From NCBI GenBank assembly GCA_046331705.1, contig JAXLQJ010000021.1, forward strand, positions 1-64,000: a stretch of DNA of 64,000 nt. Reading direction: 5' to 3'. Positions 39,494-56,357 of this stretch are shown in pieces. A program made the translations under genes and the position numbers. A model generated the notes under the pieces. It did no database searches. It saw nothing but the letters and a program-made list of their open reading frames with translations, and was not told where the DNA came from. How positions within the stretch are numbered: the stretch's first letter is position 1; each line of letters begins with the position of its first letter. This DNA is from a bacterium. GTDB lineage: Bacteria; JADJOY01.

Positions 39494-40516
39494 ATGTGGA
39501 TCGTCTGCCCAGGCTGCCAGAACCGATTTCAGCTCGAGCCCACGGTGGCGCGAGGGCGAACCTTCCGAGCGCGCTGCTCGAGGTGCGAGGCACGCTTCGA
39601 CGCCGACATCGAGACCGGCGAGGTCGTGGCGAGCCCGGCCAGCTCGCCGGCCACGCCGCGCCCAGCGCCTCGCGCCACGCCGGCGGCGCCCGCCAGCGCA
39701 GCGCCCACGCCGGTGCCCGCGCCGCGCTCCGAGTCGGCGCGCCCGCGTGAGCTCGAGGACATCCTGCGCGAGATCGACGAGCGTTACGACGATCTGATGA
39801 AGCGCGACCCGTTCGCGCTCCTCGGCGTCCACGTCGACAGCACCAACCAGGAAGTGATGGATGCCTATTTCCGGCTCACCGAGCGCTATCGCGCCTCGCG
39901 CTGGGTGGGATTGCTCAGCGACGACGAATCCCATCGCATGTGGCAGCTGATGCTGCGCATCGACGAGGCGTTCAACGAGCTCGGCGACGTGGAGCGGCGG
40001 CGGCGCTCCCACCAGATGCGAAGCGCGGCGTCCGAGCGCAAGGTCAAGACCGACCTGGTGACCGGCGCCCACGCCGCGCTCATCAAGGAGCAGCTCGAGG
40101 CCGACGCGGCCTTCGACGAAGGGCGCTACGAGGACGCCAAGAACGCCTACCAGCGCTGCACCGTGCTGGCCCCCGAGCGCGGCTTCTTCCTGCTCAGGCT
40201 CGGACAAGCCTTGCTGCGCGAGGCATCGTTCGCCGGCAAGCAGCCCGATTGGCTGGCCATCGAGCGCGCCTTCGACAAGGCGCTCAAGCTCGAGCCCGAG
40301 AACCTCGAGGTGCTCATGGCGCTGGGCGAGATGTGGAGCGCCCGGGGCCAGCCCAGCCGCGCGATGCCCTACTTCAAGCGCGTCCGCGACATCGAGCCCA
40401 ATCACTCCGGCGCGATCGCGGCCATCGATGCGTACCTGAGCGGCAAGCAGCCCGCGCCGCAAAGACGCACCACCACCGAACGCTTGTTCAAGTTCCTCCG
40501 TCGCAACGACGGCTGA
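39494..40516 (+). CDS. MJ0042-type zinc ribbon + degenerate J-like domain + TPR protein
   Basis: MWIVCPGC...RCSRC; DPFALLGV...AYFRL...IDEAFNELGD..RR; TPR helices. Confidence 0.82.
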   Translation: MWIVCPGCQNRFQLEPTVARGRTFRARCSRCEARFDADIETGEVVASPASSPATPRPAPRATPAAPASAAPTPVPAPRSESARPRELEDILREIDERYDDLMKRDPFALLGVHVDSTNQEVMDAYFRLTERYRASRWVGLLSDDESHRMWQLMLRIDEAFNELGDVERRRRSHQMRSAASERKVKTDLVTGAHAALIKEQLEADAAFDEGRYEDAKNAYQRCTVLAPERGFFLLRLGQALLREASFAGKQPDWLAIERAFDKALKLEPENLEVLMALGEMWSARGQPSRAMPYFKRVRDIEPNHSGAIAAIDAYLSGKQPAPQRRTTTERLFKFLRRNDG

Positions 40517-40623
40517 GCGCGAGGCCTGCGGCGCGATCCGCACGCACGTGCGGCGCGCGCCGATCGAGATAAGATCGGCCGGCCCCGGGTATTCCCCCCA
40601 ACCGCGCACCGCCGATCGCCGAC

Positions 40624-41595
40624 ATGAACGAGCCCCGAATCCCCACGCCCACGTCCTCCACGTCACCACGCCCCGCCGCGCCGCCACCCGCGACCACCGG
40701 CGCGCTGGCGCGTTGCGAGCAACACCGCGAACGCTTCGCCGACTGGGTCTGCACGCGCTGCGCGAAGACCTGGTGCGCCGAATGCGCGCTGGTGACCCGT
40801 GCGGTGCACACCAAGGCCGAGCTCGTTCAGTGCCCAGCATGCCGCGATCGCTGCACGCCGAGCGTGCGGCGTCAGCGCCAGATGCAGCGCGAGCAACGCC
40901 AGGTTCAAGACCGCTACTCGCTCGGATGGGCGCTGCGCGACGCGCTGATGCGTCCGTTCAGCGGTTGGGGTGCCTTCGTCTGGCTCGGTTGCGGCCTGCT
41001 CTTCGCGGTCCCCGAGCTCAGCCGACGGTTCTTCGAGGGCATCGCCCTCGGCGGCGTGCTGCAGCTCTTGCCCGTGGCCTATTTCCTGCGGATCGTGCGG
41101 CACGCCGCGACGGGCGGGAAGGGATTCCCCGAGGGCGGCGAGGTGACCGACTGGTACTACGACCTGATCTTCCCGGCGCTGCGCTTCTTCCTCGGCTGCT
41201 GGCTCGTGATGCTCCCCGCGGGGATCTACCTGATCTTGGGGCTCGGCGATTCGCCGGGGCGCGGCGCCAGCGACCCCACGTTCTGGATTCTCTTCGCAGC
41301 CGGGCTCTTCTACTTGCCGGGGGTCATCATCACCACGGCCATGACCGAATCGGTCGCCGTGGCGCTCAATCCCGTGGTCACGGTCCAGCTGATGGGCCGG
41401 GTCGGCGCGGACTACTTGGTGCTGCTCCTCGGAAGCCTGGCACTCGGCGCATTCGAGCTGCTCGACGCCAGCACGATCCCGACGGGGATCGCGCTCGCGC
41501 TTCCCTGGATCCAGGTCTACGCGACCCTCGCGATCATGGGGCTCTTCGGCAACATCCTCTATCGCAAGCGCGACCGACTCGGCATCGACGCCTGA
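40624..41595 (+). CDS. B-box-like zinc finger fused to a DUF4013-like membrane domain
   Basis: CEQH...CTRC...CAEC...CPAC followed by about six TM segments. Confidence 0.75.
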   Translation: MNEPRIPTPTSSTSPRPAAPPPATTGALARCEQHRERFADWVCTRCAKTWCAECALVTRAVHTKAELVQCPACRDRCTPSVRRQRQMQREQRQVQDRYSLGWALRDALMRPFSGWGAFVWLGCGLLFAVPELSRRFFEGIALGGVLQLLPVAYFLRIVRHAATGGKGFPEGGEVTDWYYDLIFPALRFFLGCWLVMLPAGIYLILGLGDSPGRGASDPTFWILFAAGLFYLPGVIITTAMTESVAVALNPVVTVQLMGRVGADYLVLLLGSLALGAFELLDASTIPTGIALALPWIQVYATLAIMGLFGNILYRKRDRLGIDA

Positions 41596-41626
41596 CTCGC
41601 CGCGGTCGCGCGCGGCGCGGCGCGCG

Positions 41627-41654
41627 TTGACATGCGGCTGCCGCGCCTTAGGTT
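41627..41654 (+). promoter_or_regulatory. Sigma70-type promoter TTGACA-N16-TAGGTT
   Basis: Perfect -35 in the intergenic region upstream of hsp20. Confidence 0.55.
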
Positions 41655-41721
41655 CAACGCGTCGCAGGCTCGGCGGCTCGATGCACCGCCGAGCCTGGTC
41701 GACGTTGGGGAGGGCTCACTC

Positions 41722-42144
41722 GTGCCACGTGAAGGATCCCGATTCATCACCGCCTTCCTGGACGGCGTGCCGATCGCGCGGGTCCGGGTCGGCGCCTCGA
41801 CGTGGACCCCGCCGGTCGACGTCTGGGAGACCCCGACCGAGGTCGTCGTCGTCGCCGAGATCGCCGGCGTGGACGACCAATCCCTCGAGGTCCACTTCGA
41901 GGGTCGCGAGCTCGCCATCCGCGGCACTCGCCCCGAGCCGTTCGCGGTGCCGGAGCAGCGGATCTGTCAACACCAGATGGAGCTGAGCTACGGCCATTTC
42001 GAGCGCATCCTGACCATTCCCGTCCCCATCGATCCCAACCGGATCGAGGCCAAGCACCGCAACGGATTGCTCGAGATCCGCTGCGCGAAGCTCAAGCGCC
42101 CCGGGCGGGTTCGCGTCGCCGTGACCAGCGAGGGCGACGGCTGA
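41722..42144 (+). CDS. Hsp20/alpha-crystallin small heat-shock protein
   Basis: WTPPVDVWET, AEIAGV, YGHFER and NGLLEI motifs; GTG start chosen after GGGAGG RBS. Confidence 0.9.
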   Translation: MPREGSRFITAFLDGVPIARVRVGASTWTPPVDVWETPTEVVVVAEIAGVDDQSLEVHFEGRELAIRGTRPEPFAVPEQRICQHQMELSYGHFERILTIPVPIDPNRIEAKHRNGLLEIRCAKLKRPGRVRVAVTSEGDG

Positions 42145-42181
42145 GCGCTCGCGAGCCGTCGGCGACGAAGGAGAACTCACC

Positions 42182-44617
<2,436 letters not shown>

Positions 44618-44646
44618 GCGGCGTTCTTCGGTCATACTGCCGGCGC

Positions 44647-45672
44647 ATGCGTGCGCCGCACGATCTCCACGGCCGTCCCCTGCGCAATCTGCGCATCTCG
44701 GTCACCGACCGGTGCAACCTGAGGTGCGCCTACTGCATGCCCGAGAAGGAGTACGTGTGGCTGCCGCGCGCCGGCATCCTGCGCTTCGAGGAGCTCTCGA
44801 CCCTGATCGACGGCTTCGCGCTGGCCGGCGTCGATCGGGTGCGGCTGACCGGGGGCGAGCCGCTGCTGCGTCACGAGCTCGCACGGTTCGTGCGGATGGT
44901 CGCCGAGAAGCCCGCCATTCGCGATCTCGCCCTCACCACCAACGGGGTGCTGCTCGCCGAGCACGCGCGTGCGCTCGCCGAAGCCGGGCTGCGCCGGCTG
45001 ACGGTGAGCCTCGACACGTTGCGCGCCGATCGCTTCCGGGCCCTCAACCAGCGGGACGAGCTGCCGGCGGTGCTGCGCGGCATCGAGGCCGCGCGGGACG
45101 CCGGCTTCGCGCCGCTCAAGATCGACACGGTGGTCATGGCGGGCGTCAACGACGACGAGCTGGTCGATCTGCTCGATTTCGGCCGTGACGCCAACGCCGA
45201 GGTGCGCTTCATCGAGTACATGGACGTCGGCGGTGCCACGCGCTGGTCGATGGATCAGGTGGTCTCCCGAGAGACCATGCTCCGCCGTCTGGCGTCCGTC
45301 CTCGGCCCGATCGAGCCGCTCGCCGAGGCGAGCAGCGCTCCCGCCGAGCGCTTCCTGCTCGGCGACGGACGTACGTTCGGCATCATCTCCTCGACCACCG
45401 CGCCGTTTTGCTCCGCCTGCGACCGCTCGCGGCTCACGGCGGACGGGATGTGGCTCCACTGCCTCTACGCACCCACCGGCATCGACCTGCGCGCGGTGAT
45501 CCGCGGCGGCGCCGACGCCGCCGCGATCGCGGAGCGGGTGGCCGCGGGCTGGGCGCGGCGCGGCGACCGCGGCGCCGAGGTCCGGCTCGCCCTGGCGGCC
45601 CGCGAGCCCTTGGCCCCGCCACCCGAGCTGCGCTCCAACCCGCACCTCGAGATGCACACCCGCGGCGGGTGA
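44647..45672 (+). CDS. moaA: GTP 3',8-cyclase (molybdenum cofactor biosynthesis)
   Basis: LRISVTDRCNLRCAYC, FCSACDR...CL and C-terminal MHTRGG. Confidence 0.95.
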   Translation: MRAPHDLHGRPLRNLRISVTDRCNLRCAYCMPEKEYVWLPRAGILRFEELSTLIDGFALAGVDRVRLTGGEPLLRHELARFVRMVAEKPAIRDLALTTNGVLLAEHARALAEAGLRRLTVSLDTLRADRFRALNQRDELPAVLRGIEAARDAGFAPLKIDTVVMAGVNDDELVDLLDFGRDANAEVRFIEYMDVGGATRWSMDQVVSRETMLRRLASVLGPIEPLAEASSAPAERFLLGDGRTFGIISSTTAPFCSACDRSRLTADGMWLHCLYAPTGIDLRAVIRGGADAAAIAERVAAGWARRGDRGAEVRLALAAREPLAPPPELRSNPHLEMHTRGG

Positions 45673-45694
45673 GGCGCCCGTCCGCGCCCCTCGG

Positions 45695-46900
45695 TCAAGG
45701 AGGCGGCGTGGTGCCGCCCTCGGCGTCCGTCTTGACCAGCAGCACCTGTCCGTCGCTGAACGTCTGTCCAGAGGTTCCGGCCAGCGCATAACCGCCGTCC
45801 GAGGTCGACAGGACCTTCTGGCCCTTCTCCTGCGCCGCGCCTCCCAGGTAGCGAGTCCACGCCGACGTGCCTGCGTCGTCGAGCTTGGCGAGCATCACCT
45901 GGATGTTGGTCGGACTCGTACCGACGTCGCCGTAGCCGCCCACGATCAGGCCGCCGGCGAGGGCATGCTGGATGTCCCGCGCGTGCTCGTCTCGATCGGG
46001 GTCTCCGAAGTGCCGCGACCAGAGCACTTCGCCGAGGGCATCGGTGCGCACGACGAGCGCGTCGCCATAGGGGTGACTGGCCCCTTGGACCTCCAGCGTT
46101 CCGCTGAACGCCGCCCCGCCGTCGGCCATGGCGATCACCGCGCTACCGTCGTCGTAGCCGGCGGTACCGAAGGTCTTGTCCCATTGCCTCGTGCCGCTCG
46201 AGTCGGTCTTCACGAGCCATGCGTCGAAGTTGCCGGCGCCATACGAGGTCGTGACGCCGGCCAAGAAGAAACCGCCATCCACCGCCGGCGCCACGCCGTA
46301 CGCTTCCTCGTAGCCCGCGCCGCCGTACGTCTTGCTCCATTCCTCGACGCCGTCGCCATCGACTTTCAGCAGCAGCATGTCGGCGACGCTCGACGCACTC
46401 CCGATCCAGCGGCTTCCCACCAGAACGAACCCACCGTCCGCAGTGGGCCGGATCGCTTGAATCGCCTGCGACGATCCGGTCGGCGCGAGCAGCGCGCGAC
46501 GCCACATCTCCTCGCCAGCGGGATCGGTCCTGACGAGGAGGCCGCGCGTGTCGCTCGCATCGAACGACGAGCCGACGACCAGCAGACCGCCGTCGGGAAA
46601 CGCGACCACGCCCGACGCGGAGTCCGACTTCGACGTACCGTAGACCCGAGACCATTGCATCTCGCCGCGCACGTCGGACCTCACGACCAGCAGGTCGGTG
46701 GGACCGCTCGCCGGGCCGGTGGCACCGGCGACGGCGAACCCGCCGTCGGAAAGCTGGGCCACTGCCCGGCCTTCCTCGTGCGAAGCGGCGTCGCCGTAGA
46801 GCTCCCAGAACGTGATGGGCTGACAGGCGGCGGTGAGGCCGAGAACTGCCCAGCAGCCAAACGTCCATGCTCGTCGTCGGATGTCGATCACGAGATGCAT
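45695..46900 (-). CDS. Lipoprotein with seven ~50-aa repeats (predicted 7-blade beta-propeller)
   Basis: Lipobox-like LTAAC; seven repeats of DGG...G...LVK/RTD..G...W...YG; start 46900 or GTG 46891. Confidence 0.82.
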   Translation of the reverse strand: MHLVIDIRRRAWTFGCWAVLGLTAACQPITFWELYGDAASHEEGRAVAQLSDGGFAVAGATGPASGPTDLLVVRSDVRGEMQWSRVYGTSKSDSASGVVAFPDGGLLVVGSSFDASDTRGLLVRTDPAGEEMWRRALLAPTGSSQAIQAIRPTADGGFVLVGSRWIGSASSVADMLLLKVDGDGVEEWSKTYGGAGYEEAYGVAPAVDGGFFLAGVTTSYGAGNFDAWLVKTDSSGTRQWDKTFGTAGYDDGSAVIAMADGGAAFSGTLEVQGASHPYGDALVVRTDALGEVLWSRHFGDPDRDEHARDIQHALAGGLIVGGYGDVGTSPTNIQVMLAKLDDAGTSAWTRYLGGAAQEKGQKVLSTSDGGYALAGTSGQTFSDGQVLLVKTDAEGGTTPPP

Positions 46901-47015
46901 CCTCCTCGCACCGAGTCTGGACGACCTGACTTCCGACCCGCAAGGCAGCCACGCCCAACCGTAGCCTCGCGTCCGCAGGGAGGGTAAACCGTTTGATTTC
47001 GCCTCGGGCGCCTCC

Positions 47016-48815
<1,800 letters not shown>

Positions 48816-49151
48816 TCGAGCGTCGAGCTCGACCGACGGCTCCCGGCTGACGAGCCGGTTCCGATCGCGTGGGCTCCGAGCGCGCCGCCAGCGCGCGTCG
48901 TGACCGCCCGCCTCCTCCGATCGCCGCGCGCGAGCGCGGCCCGTCCGGTTGGGTCCGGCGCGGACCCGCTCCCCTGCGCGCGCGACGCGGTCGGCGTGTG
49001 CGCCAGAGCACGCACGAGCGCGCCCACTCGGCAGTTCTTGCCGATTCGCATCCTCCAGTGGGGCATCGAGCTTCCCCGGCTCCGCCGACACTCGGACACC
49101 ACTGCCCGAATTTCGGACCTTTCCTCCACGCGCCCGACACGCAGCGGACGC

Positions 49152-49165
49152 GGCACGGCCTTCGC
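49152..49165 (+). promoter_or_regulatory. Sigma54-like promoter (GGCACGGCCTTCGC)
   Basis: GG-N10-GC with GGCACG, upstream of ATG 49241; palindrome TCGGCA-N5-TGCCGA at 49028-49044. Confidence 0.55.
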
Positions 49166-49240
49166 ACTGGGTGCGCGCGGCCTTCCGCAACGTTCGAAGC
49201 CCGCGCGCCCGCGAGGACGCCGTGGACGAGGGAAACGAGC

Positions 49241-52633
<3,393 letters not shown>

Positions 52634-52643
52634 ACGGGGCGCG

Positions 52644-54050
52644 TCACGCCGGCCGCGGCGGCAGGCGCGAGAGCTCGTCGTAGAGGTAGACCGCGGCGCG
52701 CGTGCCGTTCTTCCAGTCGTCGACGTTGAGCGACTCGTTCTCCGAATGGGCGTTGCAGGTGGGGTCCTCGACGCCCATGAGCAGCGCCGGCACGCCGCCC
52801 AGCACCTTGGCGAACGGGTCCACGAACGGGATCGAGCCGCCGCAACCGATGAAGACGCAGTCGCGGCCATAGGCCTTCGACATCGCGCGCGCGGCGGCGT
52901 CGAAGGCTGGCCCGTTGGGCTCGGTCATCCACCAGCCCGCCGCGTGCTCGCGCTCGACCTTCACCTTGAGACCCCACGGCACGCGCATCTCGAAGTGGCG
53001 GACCATCGCGTCCTGCACCTTCTTGGGGTCCTGATCCGGGACGATGCGAACCGAGATCCGGGCACGCGCGCTCTCGATGATCTGGTTCGTCGAGCCCTCG
53101 AACGGCCGCGCCTCGAACGCGAGCACGGTGACCGCCGGCTGGCGCCACACGCGTCCCCACACCGGCATGCGCTGGTCGCCGATGAGGGTGGCGCCCTCCA
53201 CCAACCCCACTTGCTCGCGGAACTGCTTCTCGCTGAAGGGCAACGCGGCGATCGCTTGGTGGGATTTGCGATCGAGCGGCCGGACGTCACCCCACACCGG
53301 CAGGTTCAGGGTGCCTTCGTCGGTCATGAGCTCGCCGATCGCCTTGCAGAGCGCGATCACGGGATCGGGCACGGGCCCGCCCCACATCCCGCTGTGCACC
53401 GGGTGATCGAGCGCCTGGACCTCGACGCGGATCCCCACGATCCCGCGCAGCGCGTAGGTGATCGAGGGGATGCCGGCGTCGTAGTTCGAGGTATCCGTCA
53501 GCACCAGCACGTCCGCGGCGAGCTCGCGCTGATACTCGCGCAAGAACGGCTCGAGCGACTCCGAGCCGGTCTCCTCCTCGCCCTCGACGATGAACTTCAC
53601 GTTCACCGGCAGCTTGCCGGCGGTCCGGAGATAGGCGCCGCACGCGGCGACGTGCATGAGCACGCCGGCCTTGTCGTCGACCACGCCGCGCCCGTAGAGC
53701 CGCCCGTCGCGCCGCAGGGTGGGCTCGAACGCGGGCGTCTCCCACTTTTCCGGCCGGCCCGGCGGCTGGACGTCGTGGTGCCCGTAGAGCAGCACCGTGG
53801 GCGCGCCAGGCGCGTGCAGCCATTCGCCGTACACGTACGGATGGCCACCCGGGAACTCGATGACCTTGCAGCCTTCCAAGCCGGCCGCCTCGAAGAGCTC
53901 CTTGGTCTTGCGGGCGCTCGCCGCGACCGCGGCGCTGGGCGGGGCGTCGGCCGACACGCTCGGGATGCGCGACAGCTCCACGAGCTGCGCCAGGTACGAG
54001 TCCCAGCTCGCGTCGAGGTGAGCGAGCGCCTGATTCACGGGATCGGTCAT
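52644..54050 (-). CDS. M20-family metallo-dipeptidase
   Basis: LLYGHHDVQP, GRGVVDDKAG, EGEEETGS, HSGMWGG, GGSIP and HSENE motifs. Confidence 0.92.
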   Translation of the reverse strand: MTDPVNQALAHLDASWDSYLAQLVELSRIPSVSADAPPSAAVAASARKTKELFEAAGLEGCKVIEFPGGHPYVYGEWLHAPGAPTVLLYGHHDVQPPGRPEKWETPAFEPTLRRDGRLYGRGVVDDKAGVLMHVAACGAYLRTAGKLPVNVKFIVEGEEETGSESLEPFLREYQRELAADVLVLTDTSNYDAGIPSITYALRGIVGIRVEVQALDHPVHSGMWGGPVPDPVIALCKAIGELMTDEGTLNLPVWGDVRPLDRKSHQAIAALPFSEKQFREQVGLVEGATLIGDQRMPVWGRVWRQPAVTVLAFEARPFEGSTNQIIESARARISVRIVPDQDPKKVQDAMVRHFEMRVPWGLKVKVEREHAAGWWMTEPNGPAFDAAARAMSKAYGRDCVFIGCGGSIPFVDPFAKVLGGVPALLMGVEDPTCNAHSENESLNVDDWKNGTRAAVYLYDELSRLPPRPA

Positions 54051-54192
54051 CGAATGAGCTCTCGTGCGGCGGCGTGCGTTCGCTGGTGCCGAGCCGCGCG
54101 CCGGAAGAAGTGGTACGGGGACTGCGCCGGAGGGGCCTAATGTCTCAGGAGATTCGCGTTCGCAGCAACTCGCTCGGGCGATCGCGAGGAGG

Positions 54193-55215
54193 TCAGCCGG
54201 CCGTCGCCATGCCGGCGCGGATGGCGCCGCCCAGATCGCGCTCCACCGTCTTGCGGGCGACGCGGATGGCATTGCGAATCGCCCAGGCGTTCGAGCGTCC
54301 ATGGGCCTTGATCACCGGCTTGGTGAAGCCCAGCACCGGCGCGCCGCCGTACTGCCGCCAGTCGGTCATGGTGCGGATCTGACGGATGCCCTCGGAGAGC
54401 ATCATCAGCCCGAGCTTCCACAGGAACTTCCGCGCGTAGGCATCCTTGGCGATGTCGGAGACGACCTCGCTCACGCCCTCCAGCATCTTCAACACCACGT
54501 TGCCGAGGAATCCCTCGCACACCACCACGTCCACCGTGCCCTTCGGGATGTCGAGGCCTTCGACGTTCCCCACGAAGTTGATGCCGGGCATCGCCGCCAG
54601 CAGCCGATGCGCTTCCACGATCGCCGCCGTGCCCTTGGTGGGCTCGGTGCCGTTCGAGAGCAGCGCCACCCGCGGTGACTCGATCGACGAGATGATGCGC
54701 GAATAGGCGGAGCCCATCACCGCGAAGCTCACCAGATCACGCGCCTCCACGGTGAGCGTCGCGCCGACGTCGAGCATCAACGCGAAGGGATCGTCGTGGG
54801 GGCCGTGCTGCTGCTCCGTGGGATGGACCGTGGCGAGCGCGCAGCGATGGACACCCGCCACACGCTCGAGCTTGCGGGACGCCGCGAGAATCAGGGCGCC
54901 GGTGCTGCCGGCCCCCACCAGCGCGTCCGCCTCGCCCCGGGCCACCAGATCGGCGGCCAGGAGCGCCGAGCACTGCGCCTTCTGGTCGAGCGCCACCGCC
55001 GGCTTCTCGTCCTGGCGAACCCAATCGGCGGTGTGCAGGAGCGACAGCCGGCTGCGGTCGTAGGCCTGTCGCTTGAGCAACGGCTCGATCTGGGCGCCGT
55101 CGCCCACCAGCACCATCCGGATCGGCACGTCCTCGCGGCTCACCTGCGCGGCGCCCTCGACCACCACGCCGGGACCGGCATCGGGCCCCATCGCGTCCAG
55201 CGCGATCGTGATCAT
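54193..55215 (-). CDS. plsX: Phosphate acyltransferase PlsX
   Basis: IALDAMG, GSTGA, LDVGA, GTEPTKG, FVGNVEG, GFLGNVVLK, YGGAPVLG and KAHGRS motifs. Confidence 0.88.
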   Translation of the reverse strand: MITIALDAMGPDAGPGVVVEGAAQVSREDVPIRMVLVGDGAQIEPLLKRQAYDRSRLSLLHTADWVRQDEKPAVALDQKAQCSALLAADLVARGEADALVGAGSTGALILAASRKLERVAGVHRCALATVHPTEQQHGPHDDPFALMLDVGATLTVEARDLVSFAVMGSAYSRIISSIESPRVALLSNGTEPTKGTAAIVEAHRLLAAMPGINFVGNVEGLDIPKGTVDVVVCEGFLGNVVLKMLEGVSEVVSDIAKDAYARKFLWKLGLMMLSEGIRQIRTMTDWRQYGGAPVLGFTKPVIKAHGRSNAWAIRNAIRVARKTVERDLGGAIRAGMATAG

Positions 55216-55368
55216 CCTCGCTCCCCCGCTCGCTGCGTGCTCACGGCGCGGCGCGTCCAGCAGCACGCGCAGCATCGCGACCGAATCTACCTCCGGCGCA
55301 CCCGGCGGGAACCCTCGCGGTTCGCGAGCTCGCCGCGCTCGTTTCGCGACACGCTATCTTCCGCGCCG

Positions 55369-56331
55369 ATGGCGCCACCCTCTCCACGCTCGGCCGCCGC
55401 GCGGACTTCCGCGCCCACCGCCCGCATCGAGCCCGAGCAGCTCGGGCCGATCGCCGCCGAGATCCATCGCCTCGACGCCGAAGACGGCGCCGAGCTGGCG
55501 CTCACGCGGGTTCCGGCGGCGCCAGCCGATGCGCATGCGACGCCGGTGGTGCTGGTGCACGGCAACTACAGCCGCCGCAACTTCTGGATCTCGCCCAAGG
55601 GCATCGGCCTCGCGCCGTTCCTGGCGCAGCGCGGATTCGACGTGTGGGTGCTCGAGCTGCGCGGCCACGGGCTATCGCCGAAAGGCGCGCGATTCTCCGC
55701 GATCACCGCGGAGGATCACATGCGACTCGACCTCGCGGCCGCCGAGCGCCACGTGCGAGCGCACGGCGCGCGCGCGGCGTTCTGGGTCGCGCATTCGGCG
55801 GGCGGGATCTACGTGCTGGGTGCGCTCGCGGCGGGCTGGCTCGATCCGCAGCGAGTCCTGGGCGTGGCGACGTTCGGCTCGCAGATTCGTGACGGCGAGG
55901 CCTTCTTGCGCGTTCCCGGAGTCGCGGGGTTGCTCGCGTTGGCGTTACGCGCGCTGGGTCATCTACCCGCGCCGCGATTCGGTCTGGGCCCCGAGATCGA
56001 GCCCGCCGGCGAGATGATCGAGTTCATCCGCTGGAAAGGCTGGCGCGGTCGTTGGCGGAGCAGCGAGGGCTTCGACTACGGGCGAGGGCTCGCCGCCGTC
56101 ACCGTGCCGCTCGCGAGCTTCGCCGGCGCAGCGGACGAGCAAGATCCTCCCAGCGGATGCCGCGCGCTCCTCGATCTCGCAGGAAGCCCCGACAAGACCT
56201 TCGTCGAGCTGGGTCGCACCAACGGCTTCGTTCGCGACTACGGCCACGTCGACATGATCGTGAGCAAAGAGGCCGCCACCGAAGTCTGGCCGCGCCTCGC
56301 ACGCTGGCTCGAGGATCGAGCTCCGCGCTGA
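55369..56331 (+). CDS. Alpha/beta hydrolase
   Basis: VVLVHG, ELRGHGLS, AHSAGG and DYGHVDM motifs. Confidence 0.88.
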   Translation: MAPPSPRSAAARTSAPTARIEPEQLGPIAAEIHRLDAEDGAELALTRVPAAPADAHATPVVLVHGNYSRRNFWISPKGIGLAPFLAQRGFDVWVLELRGHGLSPKGARFSAITAEDHMRLDLAAAERHVRAHGARAAFWVAHSAGGIYVLGALAAGWLDPQRVLGVATFGSQIRDGEAFLRVPGVAGLLALALRALGHLPAPRFGLGPEIEPAGEMIEFIRWKGWRGRWRSSEGFDYGRGLAAVTVPLASFAGAADEQDPPSGCRALLDLAGSPDKTFVELGRTNGFVRDYGHVDMIVSKEAATEVWPRLARWLEDRAPR

Positions 56332-56357
56332 TCCCGCGGCGCCCGCGGTCGCCGCGC

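Noticed and set aside
41665-41697. CIRCE element
   Set aside because: The arms do not match TTAGCACTC/GAGTGCTAA.
48869-49240. N-terminal extension of the MCP-porin ORF
   Set aside because: Arg/Pro-rich and contains the promoter elements; ATG 49241 has a GAGGG RBS and a typical MCP N-terminus.
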